Shown: positions 20,833 to 29,998 of the stretch, piece by piece
Position numbering within the stretch: the first letter of the stretch is position 1
Layout: every line of letters starts with the position of its first letter
From: Planctomycetota bacterium
Lineage (GTDB): Bacteria > Planctomycetota > UBA1135 > UBA2386
Length of the DNA stretch: 64,000 nt
Assembly: GCA_947501605.1 (NCBI GenBank)
Contig: CANMWZ010000003.1
Location: 32,001-96,000 of the forward strand
Reading direction: 5' to 3'
The notes under the pieces: generated by a model
Told to the model about the DNA's origin: nothing
Database searches by the model: none
What the model saw: only the letters and a program-made list of their open reading frames with translations
Translations under genes and position numbers: made by a program

Positions 20833-20927
20833 CAGTGGCTGCGAGTCCTGGATAGCAAGGACCGTTCTGGCTGAGGTTTATGGATCTTCGAGCCCAGCAG
20901 AATCCCCCTACCCACCCCCCCTCCAGC

Positions 20928-20955
20928 GGTTCCGATAAGATTTGTTATGTAAAGT
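20928..20955 (+). other. dif-like XerC/XerD recombination site
   Basis: GGTTCCGATAA-GATTTG-TTATGTAAAGT: 11-6-11 layout with the ATAA/TTAT inverted core, AT-rich in a GC-rich genome, intergenic. Confidence 0.8.
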
Positions 20956-21004
20956 TCGGAGGGGGAGCCACAGGGGGGAGAGCCCGAGCCCTTGGGCGAC
21001 GCAC

Positions 21005-22072
21005 TCATGGCCGTGGCCCCCGCCATGCGGAGCCTTGGTCGGGCAACCATGCCATCGCCAGCACCAAGGTGAAGTCGGGCGCAATGTAGGGCGACAGGTC
21101 TTCGCCAAAGACCACCTCGACGAAGAGCTGGCGGTCGACCCGCATGCGGGCGCCGAGCCACAGCCACACCTGGTCGCGGTTCGCTCGGTCGAGATCGAGA
21201 TTGCGCAGCACGGACGTCTCCCAGGACAGTTGCGCCACGCTACTGAAGTCACTGAGCAGCGGAACTTCGAGCCCGAGGCTCGCGGCACTCACATCCCCAA
21301 ACGCGAAGCTGCGCGAGCGCGCGAGGTCGGGAGTCCCGGCCCACGTGTACTGGCCGTCCGCGAACAACGTGCCGAACGCCAGCGGCCAACTGGCGCACAG
21401 GCCAGCTGCGTAGTCGAACTGGCCATTGCCAGCGCCGCCGCTCTCGTCGCCAGTTGGCAATTCGAAACCGGTGCGCAACGCCAATCCCGGCAGTCCCGCG
21501 CCGCTGGCGCTGCGACCTGGCGGCACGAGGCACCAGGTAGCCGACACGGGCACGTCCGCAAGCATGAGCGTCTCTTCGCGCAGCTCCCACACGGTCTGCC
21601 CGTTTTGCTCGGCGAAAACTTCGAATTGATTCTGCGGCGCGACGCTGCGGCCCTGGTCCGGGAAGCCGAAGAAGTCGTGGTAGTCGATGAGAAAGCCATC
21701 GAGAAAACCACCGCTGGTGTGCACCACCGGGAGCTCCACGGTCAGCTCGATGCCAGCGCCGATTCCCGTTCGTCCTTGGATGCTGGTGCGCATCAGTTCG
21801 CCGTCCATCGCGAATGCCTCGGTGGCGTTGCTGTCGCCGAGAAACAGACTCGAGTAGGCCGTGCTCGCCCGAACCGCCGTGTCGCCGCTTGGCAGCACCG
21901 AAGGCGAGGCCGGATCCAGCCGCATCACGGTCAACTGGGCGGGGTGCTGGTTGCGCACCGCCAGCGGTCCATGGCTGGGCGCCGGGCCAGCGCTGCATGC
22001 CGAGGCCGACACCGCGACTGCAGTCCACCAGCCGACGGCACCTCGTTCTGTGCACTTGCGCGTTACGTGCAT
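21005..22072 (-). CDS. DUF3187-like outer-membrane beta-barrel protein
   Basis: PLAVRNQHP, DGELMR, GGFLDGFLIDYHDFFGFP, FGEDL...APDFT; alternating beta-strand pattern. Confidence 0.75.
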   Translation of the reverse strand: MHVTRKCTERGAVGWWTAVAVSASACSAGPAPSHGPLAVRNQHPAQLTVMRLDPASPSVLPSGDTAVRASTAYSSLFLGDSNATEAFAMDGELMRTSIQGRTGIGAGIELTVELPVVHTSGGFLDGFLIDYHDFFGFPDQGRSVAPQNQFEVFAEQNGQTVWELREETLMLADVPVSATWCLVPPGRSASGAGLPGLALRTGFELPTGDESGGAGNGQFDYAAGLCASWPLAFGTLFADGQYTWAGTPDLARSRSFAFGDVSAASLGLEVPLLSDFSSVAQLSWETSVLRNLDLDRANRDQVWLWLGARMRVDRQLFVEVVFGEDLSPYIAPDFTLVLAMAWLPDQGSAWRGPRP

Positions 22073-22208
22073 CGGGACAGAACGTAGTGAGCCTGCGCGC
22101 CGAAGTCGCGCGTGTTCCGTGCACCGTAGACGACTTCAGGCGGCCCTGTCCGTGCCGCCTTCGATTGTTAGACTCTGCCCCCCGCGCCACGCGCGCGCTG
22201 CCGACCGC

Positions 22209-23435
22209 ATGCACCGATTCCAACCCCAAACGCTCCTGTTCCCGTTCCTGTTGCTGGTTGCCTGCGCTGATGGCGGCAAGACCGAAGTGCCACAGAGCGA
22301 AGTCCAGATCGCCGCCAACCATCACGTGATGTGGTTTCGCAGCCTGCCTGGCTTCGGTAGTTCTGCTACCCGCCCACTGGCCGTCAACTCCGGACACGCG
22401 ACACTCGCGATGGCTGCCGACAGCACCTACACGCTGGTGTTCGCTGGCGGCGGCACCTCGTCGAAGGAGCGCTACGCGATCGCCAACACCGCCAAGCTGT
22501 CGATCTACCAGACCGGTTCGGGCCGGAATCCATCGACGGTCTTCCAAGGCGGCTACCAACTGGTTGGTGCGCGGCCAGACCTGTTCTTCACCGATCGCGT
22601 CTCGGCCGGTGATTCGACCTCGATCGGGCTCTACTTCGGCGCCCGCACGGTACTGGGCCAGGACGAACTCGAAGGCGCTTGGCACCTGTTCTCGATGCAC
22701 GTGATGATGCAGAACGCGACGCTGCAAACACCGCGCACCGTCGCGCGCGCGGCATTTGGTGAAGTGTCCGTTGCCGCCGGCGCGCCCGGAACAGCTCGCG
22801 CGATCAGCGGCACTGGCTTTGAGTCCGGGGCCGACCCGAGCACGGTTCCGGTCACTCTGAGCGGCCAAGTTACGAACCTGCTCGATGGCAGCCAGCAGGG
22901 CAACGGCATCTGCAACCTCACGGTCGGCTACACCAACACCGGTTCGGCGACGGATAGCCGGGTGTTCTGGGCTGCGGCCGGCAGCGACCTGCTATTCGCT
23001 GTCGACGAGGACGAAACCGACACCGCGTCGGGCCTTCTCGCGATGGTGCGCAAGTTCGCCGCGCCCGCAACCCCGGCCGATCCAGCGCGGATTGCCGGCA
23101 CGTTCTACGTCGGCGGCTACACCACCTTCGTGAACCCCACCAACGCCGGCTCCGACTCCTTCGTCGGCGAACTTCTGCTCACTCCACAGGGCGCCGTTCG
23201 CCTCGACGGACTGGATCACCGCGGCGTCGATTTCGCCTACACCGGGACCTGGACCTCGACGGCCGAAGGCGGCTTGACGCTGCAGATCAGTGGCAATGGC
23301 GGCGAGACGTGGCGCGGCGCCGTGGCGCGTAGCTATGACACGTTGGTGTTCGTGGACCCGGTTGTCGAAGTGCGCACGAACAACACGCCCGAGCTCAACT
23401 TCGTGCACGCGGTGCGCAAGCGCTCGAACCCGTAG
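22209..23435 (+). CDS. Hypothetical lipoprotein with three beta-rich repeats
   Basis: Lipobox LLVAC; Gly/Thr/Ser-rich; three segments each ending D-x(n)-L...R/RK. Confidence 0.7.
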   Translation: MHRFQPQTLLFPFLLLVACADGGKTEVPQSEVQIAANHHVMWFRSLPGFGSSATRPLAVNSGHATLAMAADSTYTLVFAGGGTSSKERYAIANTAKLSIYQTGSGRNPSTVFQGGYQLVGARPDLFFTDRVSAGDSTSIGLYFGARTVLGQDELEGAWHLFSMHVMMQNATLQTPRTVARAAFGEVSVAAGAPGTARAISGTGFESGADPSTVPVTLSGQVTNLLDGSQQGNGICNLTVGYTNTGSATDSRVFWAAAGSDLLFAVDEDETDTASGLLAMVRKFAAPATPADPARIAGTFYVGGYTTFVNPTNAGSDSFVGELLLTPQGAVRLDGLDHRGVDFAYTGTWTSTAEGGLTLQISGNGGETWRGAVARSYDTLVFVDPVVEVRTNNTPELNFVHAVRKRSNP

Positions 23436-23482
23436 CGATCGCGGTGCTGGAGTTGGCAGCGGCGGTCTTTCATGATGGTCGC

Positions 23483-24382
23483 GTGAGCACCCCGGTTCTG
23501 ACCATCGACCTTCCCTTCTGCAAGCGCTTGGGCAGCGGCAAGGTCCGCGAATTGTTCGAACTCAACGGCGACTTGCTCTTGGTCGCCACCGACCGCGTCT
23601 CCGCCTACGACGTGGTGATGCGCGAGGGCATCCCTGGCAAGGGCGCCGTCCTCACTGCGACCTCCACGTTCTGGCTCCGCCGCCTCGCCAGCGTCTGCGC
23701 GAACCATCTGCTGTCGACCGACGTCGACACCTGGGCTGACGTGCCGGAGCAATGGAAGCCGCTGCTGCGCGGACGCAGCATGCGCTGCAAGAAGGCAACG
23801 CCACTGCCCGTCGAATGGGTCGTGCGCGGGTTCCTAACCGGCTCGGGCTTTCAGGACTACCAGCGCGATGGCGCGGTCTCAGGCGTGAAGCTGTCGCCGG
23901 GCTTGCTACACGCGAGCGAACTGGATCCGCCGATCCTAACGCCTTCGACCAAGGCCGAGTCGGGGCACGATGAACCGATCTCGTTCGATCGAGTCGTGTC
24001 GCTGGTAGGCCGCAGCGTCGCTGAGCGCGCGCGCGACGCCGCGCTATCGCTGTATCGCACAGCCCGCACCTATGCCCGCGAGCGCGGCATCGTCATCGCC
24101 GACACCAAGTTCGAATTCGGGATGCTCGGCGAACAGGTGATTCTCATCGACGAATGCCTGACGCCCGACAGCAGTCGATTCTGGCCGGCCGATGAAGTTC
24201 GACCCGGCAGCAACCCGACTTCGTTCGACAAACAGTACCTCCGCGACTGGCTAACCTCGACCGGCTGGAACAAGCAACCGCCACCACCGACCCTGCCAAC
24301 GGATGTGATCGCGAAAACGGCCGCCACCTATCGCGACCTTCAACAGCGCCTCTGCGGCACCTTGAGCGAACCGACTCGATGA
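23483..24382 (+). CDS. purC: SAICAR synthase
   Basis: GSGKVRELF, VATDRVSAYD, IPGKG, IADTKFEFG, DECLTPDSSRFW, SFDKQYLRDWL. Confidence 0.97.
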   Translation: MSTPVLTIDLPFCKRLGSGKVRELFELNGDLLLVATDRVSAYDVVMREGIPGKGAVLTATSTFWLRRLASVCANHLLSTDVDTWADVPEQWKPLLRGRSMRCKKATPLPVEWVVRGFLTGSGFQDYQRDGAVSGVKLSPGLLHASELDPPILTPSTKAESGHDEPISFDRVVSLVGRSVAERARDAALSLYRTARTYARERGIVIADTKFEFGMLGEQVILIDECLTPDSSRFWPADEVRPGSNPTSFDKQYLRDWLTSTGWNKQPPPPTLPTDVIAKTAATYRDLQQRLCGTLSEPTR

Positions 24383-25467
24383 CCTCAACCCCGGAAACGA
24401 CCGAGACAACGCACGCGCCAACGCGACCCGCTCCGTTGCCACCGCCAGTGCTCTGGGTTGGCGACGACCAGGGCGAGCTGCACCTCCTGGACCAGACCCG
24501 TCTGCCTCAGGAGCGCTTGGTGCTGGAGCTTCGCACAGCGGACGGTGTTGCCGACGCCATCGCCCGACTCTGTGTTCGTGGCGCACCCGCGATCGGCGTC
24601 GCCGCGGCGTACGGGCTCTACCTCGGTGTCCGCGAGCAGTGCCCCGATCGCAGCATGCTTGTGGACACGGCGCGCCATGTCGCAGCACGCTTGCTGGCGA
24701 CCCGCCCCACCGCCGTGAACCTGCGCTGGGCCCTTGATCGTGCCCTTGCCCGTGTGCGTGTCGACCTGACGCAGGCCTCGCTACTGTCAGAGGCGCGCGC
24801 CATCGAGCACGACAACGCGGAGAGCTGTCTGCGGATTGCGACGAACGGCGCCAACCTGATCCACGACGGCGACACGATCCTGACTCACTGCAACGCGGGC
24901 AGGCTCGCGACTGCAGGAGAAGGTTCGGCACTGGCCATTCTGTTCGAAGCCCATCGACGAGGTCGCCGCTTCCGCGTGTTTGCCGACGAGACCCGACCAC
25001 TGCTGCAGGGCGCACGACTGACCGCTCTCGAACTCGCGGCCGAAGGCATCCCCGTCGCCGTGATCCCGGATGCAGCAGCAGCGGCGTTGATCTCCCGTGG
25101 CGAAGTGCAGAGCATCGTCGTCGGCGCGGATCGCATCGCCGGGAACGGCGATTTCGCCAACAAGATCGGCACCTACGGCATCGCGCTCGCTGCGCACGCG
25201 CACAGCATCCCGTTCTACGTCGCGGCCCCGCTGTCGACCTTTGACCCGGCGCTCTCGAACGGTAGCCACATCCCGATTGAGGAACGCCCTGCCGCCGAGG
25301 TCCTGACCTTGCACGGAACTGCCCTTACCGCGGAGGGAATCCTGGCGCGCAATCCGGCATTCGACGTCACGCCCGGCCATCTCGTGACCGGCTTCGTGAC
25401 CGATCAGGGACTGCTTCTGCCACCGTTCGCAGCGTCGATCAAGGCCGCGCTCGCCGCCGGTCGATGA
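24379..25467 (+). CDS. mtnA: S-methyl-5-thioribose-1-phosphate isomerase
   Basis: LLDQTRLP, VRGAPAIG, TRPTAVNL, THCNAG, ETRPLLQGARLT, GADRI, NKIGT, NPAFDVTP. Confidence 0.96.
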   Translation: MTSTPETTETTHAPTRPAPLPPPVLWVGDDQGELHLLDQTRLPQERLVLELRTADGVADAIARLCVRGAPAIGVAAAYGLYLGVREQCPDRSMLVDTARHVAARLLATRPTAVNLRWALDRALARVRVDLTQASLLSEARAIEHDNAESCLRIATNGANLIHDGDTILTHCNAGRLATAGEGSALAILFEAHRRGRRFRVFADETRPLLQGARLTALELAAEGIPVAVIPDAAAAALISRGEVQSIVVGADRIAGNGDFANKIGTYGIALAAHAHSIPFYVAAPLSTFDPALSNGSHIPIEERPAAEVLTLHGTALTAEGILARNPAFDVTPGHLVTGFVTDQGLLLPPFAASIKAALAAGR

Positions 25468-25474
25468 GCGACGC

Positions 25475-25768
25475 ATGGCCATCGCCAAGAAGATTCGGAG
25501 CAAGTCAGACAAGTCGGGGATCAAGTCGAAGGCACCGGCCAAGACGAGCTCGGACAGCGAAACGCCGGCCGCAGCATTCCTCGATAGCGACGTCGATGGC
25601 CACGGCGAAGAACCTGGGCGCAGCAGTTCGATGGGCCTCGATGTCGACCACGAGGTGCTGGCATTCATCGCAGCGCTCGATCGCTTCAAGAAGACGCACA
25701 ACCGAGCCTTTCCGAACTGGAGCGAAGTGCTCTTCGTGCTGAAGGAACTCGGCTACCGCAAGAAGTGA
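25475..25768 (+). CDS. Small hypothetical protein (Lys-rich N-terminus, helical C-terminus)
   Basis: ATG 7 nt after the mtnA stop; strong codon bias; FIAALDRFKK...FPNWSEVLFVLKELGYRK. Confidence 0.75.
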   Translation: MAIAKKIRSKSDKSGIKSKAPAKTSSDSETPAAAFLDSDVDGHGEEPGRSSSMGLDVDHEVLAFIAALDRFKKTHNRAFPNWSEVLFVLKELGYRKK

Positions 25769-25790
25769 GACTCGCGGCCGTAGGCGCTGC

Positions 25791-26633
25791 CTAGATCCAG
25801 CTCCACCAGCAGCCGACGATCAGCAGGCAGCCCGCCATCAGGCGATAGATGGCAAAGGGCACGAACGTGTGCCCCCTCAAGAACGCGACAAACTGCTTCA
25901 CGACGGCGAGCGCGCTGACGAATGCCACGAGGGTGCCGATCACCATCGGGTAGAGCAGAGGTCCGCTGACCTGGTCCCAGTTCTTCAGCAACTTGACGGC
26001 GCACGCGCCGTAGAGGATCGGCAATCCGATCAGAAACGAGAACTCCGCCGCAGCCGTCCTCGACATCCCCAGGATCAAGGCTCCAGCGATCGTGGCCCCC
26101 GATCGACTCGTGCCCGGCAACAGCGCGAGGCACTGAAAGCAGCCGATCCAGAACGCCATTCGATACGACATCGCTCTGCCATCGCCATGCAGCGCTGGCC
26201 GACGACGAAGCACGCGTTCGAGCCAGAGCAGCAACACGCCCCCCAACGTCATGGTGACAGCAACGAACTCGGCGGAGAAGAGTCGCGACTCGATCCAGTC
26301 ATCGAACAGCAGACCAAGAACGGCCGCGGGCATGGCCGCGACCACGATCTGCAGCAGCAGATTGGATTCGCGGGGCGCGGCAGCCGTGGTGACTGGACTC
26401 ACGATCGCGAGCACGGCCTGCCACAAGCGCTCCCAGTAGAGCACGAGGATTGCGGTGATTGCTCCGAGTTGGATACCGATCGTCAGGGGCGACTCAGCCA
26501 ACCCGAGCAACCGATTGGCAACAATCAGGTGGCCGGTGCTCGACACCGGGAGGAACTCGGTGAGCCCCTCCACCAGGCCAAGCCACGCCGCATCGAGAAG
26601 CGTAAGACTCGGACCCGGCTCCTGCGGGATCAC
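25791..26633 (-). CDS. uppP: Undecaprenyl-diphosphate phosphatase
   Basis: LGLVEGLTEFLPVSSTGH, IQLGAI, PGTSRSGATI, AAEFSF; GTG overlaps the ald stop. Confidence 0.95.
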   Translation of the reverse strand: MIPQEPGPSLTLLDAAWLGLVEGLTEFLPVSSTGHLIVANRLLGLAESPLTIGIQLGAITAILVLYWERLWQAVLAIVSPVTTAAAPRESNLLLQIVVAAMPAAVLGLLFDDWIESRLFSAEFVAVTMTLGGVLLLWLERVLRRRPALHGDGRAMSYRMAFWIGCFQCLALLPGTSRSGATIAGALILGMSRTAAAEFSFLIGLPILYGACAVKLLKNWDQVSGPLLYPMVIGTLVAFVSALAVVKQFVAFLRGHTFVPFAIYRLMAGCLLIVGCWWSWI

Positions 26634-27736
26634 AGCACCTTGTCCGGGGACGTCCACTTCATACCGAAGGCGTCGGCAACGCCTTGGTGCGTGCATACAC
26701 CACTGAGCACGTTGGCTGCGGTGCCCAAGATCGGGTCCTTGGCGGCTTTGGCAGCGCCCATCGCGGCGATCTTCTTGGCCCACGGCATCGTGGCGTTGGT
26801 GAGGCCGAATGTGGACGTGCGCGGCACGGCGCCTGGCATGTTGGCAACGCAGTAGTGGACGACCCGATCGACGACGAACGTCGGGTCCGCATGGGTCGTT
26901 GGCTTGCAGGTCTCGATGCACCCACCCTGATCCACAGCGACATCGACGATGACGGCGCCCTCCTTCATCGTCTTCAGGTCTTCGCGCCGAACGAGGCGCG
27001 GCGCACGCGCGCCCTGCACCAGCACGGCGCCGACGATCAGGTCTGCGTGCAGCAGCTGTTCGCGAATCGCGATCGGTGAGCTGTGCAGCATCGACACATT
27101 CGCCGGCATTACGTCACTGAGGTAGCGCAGCCGATCGAGATCGAGGTCCATGATCAGGACTCGCGCACCGAGGCCCGCAGCCATCTTCGCCGCATTCGTA
27201 CCGACAACGCCGCCGCCGAGGATCAGAACTGTTGCGGGTTCCGTACCAGGAATGCCACCGAGCAGGATGCCGCGACCACCCATGTGTTTCTCGAGACAGA
27301 CGGCACCGACCTGCACCGCCATACGGCCGGCCACTTCGCTCATCGGCGTCAGCAGTGGCAGAGTGCGGCCGACCTGAAGGGTCTCGTAGGCGAAGCAGTT
27401 CGCCCCAGAGGCGAGCATCGCGTCGGTGAGTTCGCGGTTCGCCGCGAAGTGGAAGTACGTGAACAGCAGGTGGCCCTTGCGGATCATCGCGTACTCCGAG
27501 GGCAGCGGCTCCTTGACCTTCACGATCATCTCGGCCTTGCCGTAGATCGCGGTCGCCGTCGCTTCCATCTTGGCGCCAACTCGCTCGAAGTCCTCGTCGG
27601 TGATCCCGGCGCCAAGACCCGCACCCCTCTCGACGAGCACCTGGTTGCCGGCGGCGACGAGCTCCATCACCATCGCAGGAACCGCGCCGACCCGGCTCTC
27701 TTGCGCTTTGATCTCTTTAGGAACACCGATGATCAT
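26630..27736 (-). CDS. ald: Alanine dehydrogenase
   Basis: MIIGVPKEIK, KVKEP, PMSEVAGR, GGGVVG, VDVAVDQGGC, HYCVANMPGAVP; GGAGG RBS. Confidence 0.97.
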   Translation of the reverse strand: MIIGVPKEIKAQESRVGAVPAMVMELVAAGNQVLVERGAGLGAGITDEDFERVGAKMEATATAIYGKAEMIVKVKEPLPSEYAMIRKGHLLFTYFHFAANRELTDAMLASGANCFAYETLQVGRTLPLLTPMSEVAGRMAVQVGAVCLEKHMGGRGILLGGIPGTEPATVLILGGGVVGTNAAKMAAGLGARVLIMDLDLDRLRYLSDVMPANVSMLHSSPIAIREQLLHADLIVGAVLVQGARAPRLVRREDLKTMKEGAVIVDVAVDQGGCIETCKPTTHADPTFVVDRVVHYCVANMPGAVPRTSTFGLTNATMPWAKKIAAMGAAKAAKDPILGTAANVLSGVCTHQGVADAFGMKWTSPDKVL

Positions 27737-28050
27737 GAATGCCTCCGTCGCGTCGCGTTCAAGTTTATGAGGGCAAGGACTATAGAAGTGGTTCCCGAAA
27801 GCGCCAGCGGTTGGGACTGGGACGACGGTCGATGACGTTCTTGCGGGCTCACGGCGCAAGCCACAGCTCCCGCTACGAATCCGGTTCCTGCCCTCGGCCG
27901 CCGTTGCTCAGCCTCGCGGACAGGCCATCAAGAAAACAACCCTGACAAGCTCGCGGCCCTTGACTGCGGGTGTTCTCCCGAGCTGGAGCGTGACTGCCAA
28001 CATCGCTCGCAACGTCGTTAGAGAACGGGGCTCTGTCGGCCCACCAGCGG

Positions 28051-29064
28051 TCAGCGCACCGCGACCAAGCGCTGCAAGGTTGCGCGAAGGTGCTCGCGTT
28101 CGCCCGCCACGAGGCCGGGCAACAAGGCGCAGTCGACCGCCAGCCCGCTCGGGTGGTCGCGGACGACCGGGGCGGGGCGCTGCAGGACACGTGGGTCGTG
28201 GCGGAGATACGCGTCGATGGTTGCGCGGGCGAGCAACGGGTCCTTGGCTTCTAGCTGAAACGACCACCGCAGAGGTTCACGTGCAGGGCTGCTCGTGACC
28301 AGCGGATCCTCGGCCGCAACCGCCGGTTGTTCTGGCGCTGACGCAAAGTCGAGTTCGGCCGCCAGTCCGTCGGTTGGATCGAGCACGAAAACTTCCTGCA
28401 ACGGACCGAGTACATCCGCGGCATCTCGCAAACCGAGGGCAGAATCGTGAGCCTTGGCCTGGTGCGCTTTGTGCGGCCCGATGGCCTCGGTCAAGACGCC
28501 CGCCGCTGACCACGCTCCACAATCGCGATCCGACTCCCCCTCGACATCGCTCTTGGATCGTCCAACGACGGGCGCTTCGCCGCGCCGCCGGCGCCACGCC
28601 AACCAAACACCCGCAACAGTGCCAGCGACGACCACACACCACATCCAGAACTGTTGACGCCCGGCGATCTCGGCGGAAACAGCGGCGGTTCGCTCAGCGG
28701 CGCGGACGCGGGCAGCATCCGCGTCCACACGGGATGGTCTGTCCGAAGGCGACGGCGCAGTTGCTGCGGGCACTCCAGTTACCGTGCTCGCCAGAGCACC
28801 GCTGGTCCCAGGCTGCGCGTCTACAGGGTCGCTCCCCGCACCAGTCTGCACGCGCAACTCCGCGACCAATGCATCGACGCGGTCCGCGAGCTGACCGAGT
28901 GTCGCAGCAACGCGAGCCTCGAGCTGCTCCTGCCTTGACTGCTGCGTGTGCATTTGCGCTTCGAGCTCGGCGAGTCTCGCCGCCTGCGTGTCCACATCCT
29001 GGGAGCACGATCCAGCGAGCAGCGCGGCGCACGCGAGCAGAGCCCCAAAGCACACGGTCTTCAT
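28051..29064 (-). CDS. Hypothetical lipoprotein/membrane protein
   Basis: Lipobox LAGSC, coiled-coil segment, internal TM helix; ATG overlaps the upstream stop. Confidence 0.65.
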   Translation of the reverse strand: MKTVCFGALLACAALLAGSCSQDVDTQAARLAELEAQMHTQQSRQEQLEARVAATLGQLADRVDALVAELRVQTGAGSDPVDAQPGTSGALASTVTGVPAATAPSPSDRPSRVDADAARVRAAERTAAVSAEIAGRQQFWMWCVVVAGTVAGVWLAWRRRRGEAPVVGRSKSDVEGESDRDCGAWSAAGVLTEAIGPHKAHQAKAHDSALGLRDAADVLGPLQEVFVLDPTDGLAAELDFASAPEQPAVAAEDPLVTSSPAREPLRWSFQLEAKDPLLARATIDAYLRHDPRVLQRPAPVVRDHPSGLAVDCALLPGLVAGEREHLRATLQRLVAVR

Positions 29065-29714
29065 CGGCGGCGCTCTCCTTCACGAGGTCGCACATGCATC
29101 GACATGCGCCCTTGCTCATCGATCCGAAGACGCCGCGGCATCGCGATCAAATGTTCGCGGCAGACACGAAGCTCGTCGTCGCGCAGTGCGATGGGCAGCG
29201 CATCCGGACTCTGCACGGCATCGCTGTCGTTGCGCACCGTCAGCGGCACCACTCCGCGCGGTTGCTCGTCGGGCAGGGGCAATCTCTGCAAGAAGGCAGA
29301 AGTGCTGCGTTGCACCACCGCGCTTGTCACTTCATCCCACTCGGCAGCAAGGGCCGCAGGCATGAGCTCCGCGACCACCAACTCGGGACGACCCTCCGCC
29401 CGCCACACGACGGTCGGAACCAACGGAACCTGGACGTAGCCGTGCGTGCGGCTGTGCGGCACCAACACCATGGTGTCCTGGAGACCAACCCGCAGTGGCC
29501 ACCGCGGCAAGCGGCACTGCAGCCACAGTTCCCCATGGCGAGCCAGCGCCAGTGACCATGTACGCGCCTTGCTCCCGTCGAGGCACAACAGCGTGTAGCC
29601 GCCTCGAACGGGTTCCAGGATCAACTCGAGTCGCCCCAACTGGAAGCGCCTGCTGCCGCCTCGATCCGGGCGCGGTAGCTGTGCCTGTTGCAGGTGCGAT
29701 AACGTGAGGTCCAT
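29061..29714 (-). CDS. Hypothetical beta-rich protein (weak DUF432-like resemblance)
   Basis: ORF translationally coupled to the downstream gene; family assignment tentative. Confidence 0.55.
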   Translation of the reverse strand: MDLTLSHLQQAQLPRPDRGGSRRFQLGRLELILEPVRGGYTLLCLDGSKARTWSLALARHGELWLQCRLPRWPLRVGLQDTMVLVPHSRTHGYVQVPLVPTVVWRAEGRPELVVAELMPAALAAEWDEVTSAVVQRSTSAFLQRLPLPDEQPRGVVPLTVRNDSDAVQSPDALPIALRDDELRVCREHLIAMPRRLRIDEQGRMSMHVRPREGERRR

Positions 29715-29921
29715 CCGAGGTGCGGCGCGAACCGCACCAGAGGTGCGATTGTGAGGAGCGTGGATCCTAGAAGTGCGCACGCAGTGTGAACAGTCGCCCT
29801 CGACTTGCATTCCACAACGGCTACCGATGCGGTGCAACGGCACGGGGTGTGGACGAGATACTCGGCCGACAGTTTTCGCTTGCTTCTCCCTCCAACCTAG
29901 TCATGATCCCCGCCCCTGGTT

Positions 29922-29998
29922 GGGCGTTTAGCTCAGTTGGCTAGAGCATCAGCTCGACAAGCTGAGGGTCACAGGTTCGACTCCTGTAACGCCCACCA
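29922..29998 (+). tRNA. tRNA-Val(GAC)
   Basis: GGGCGTT/AACGCCC acceptor stem, GCTC/GAGC D stem, TCAGC-TCGACAA-GCTGA anticodon arm, ACAGG-TTCGACT-CCTGT T arm, encoded ACCA. Confidence 0.95.
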
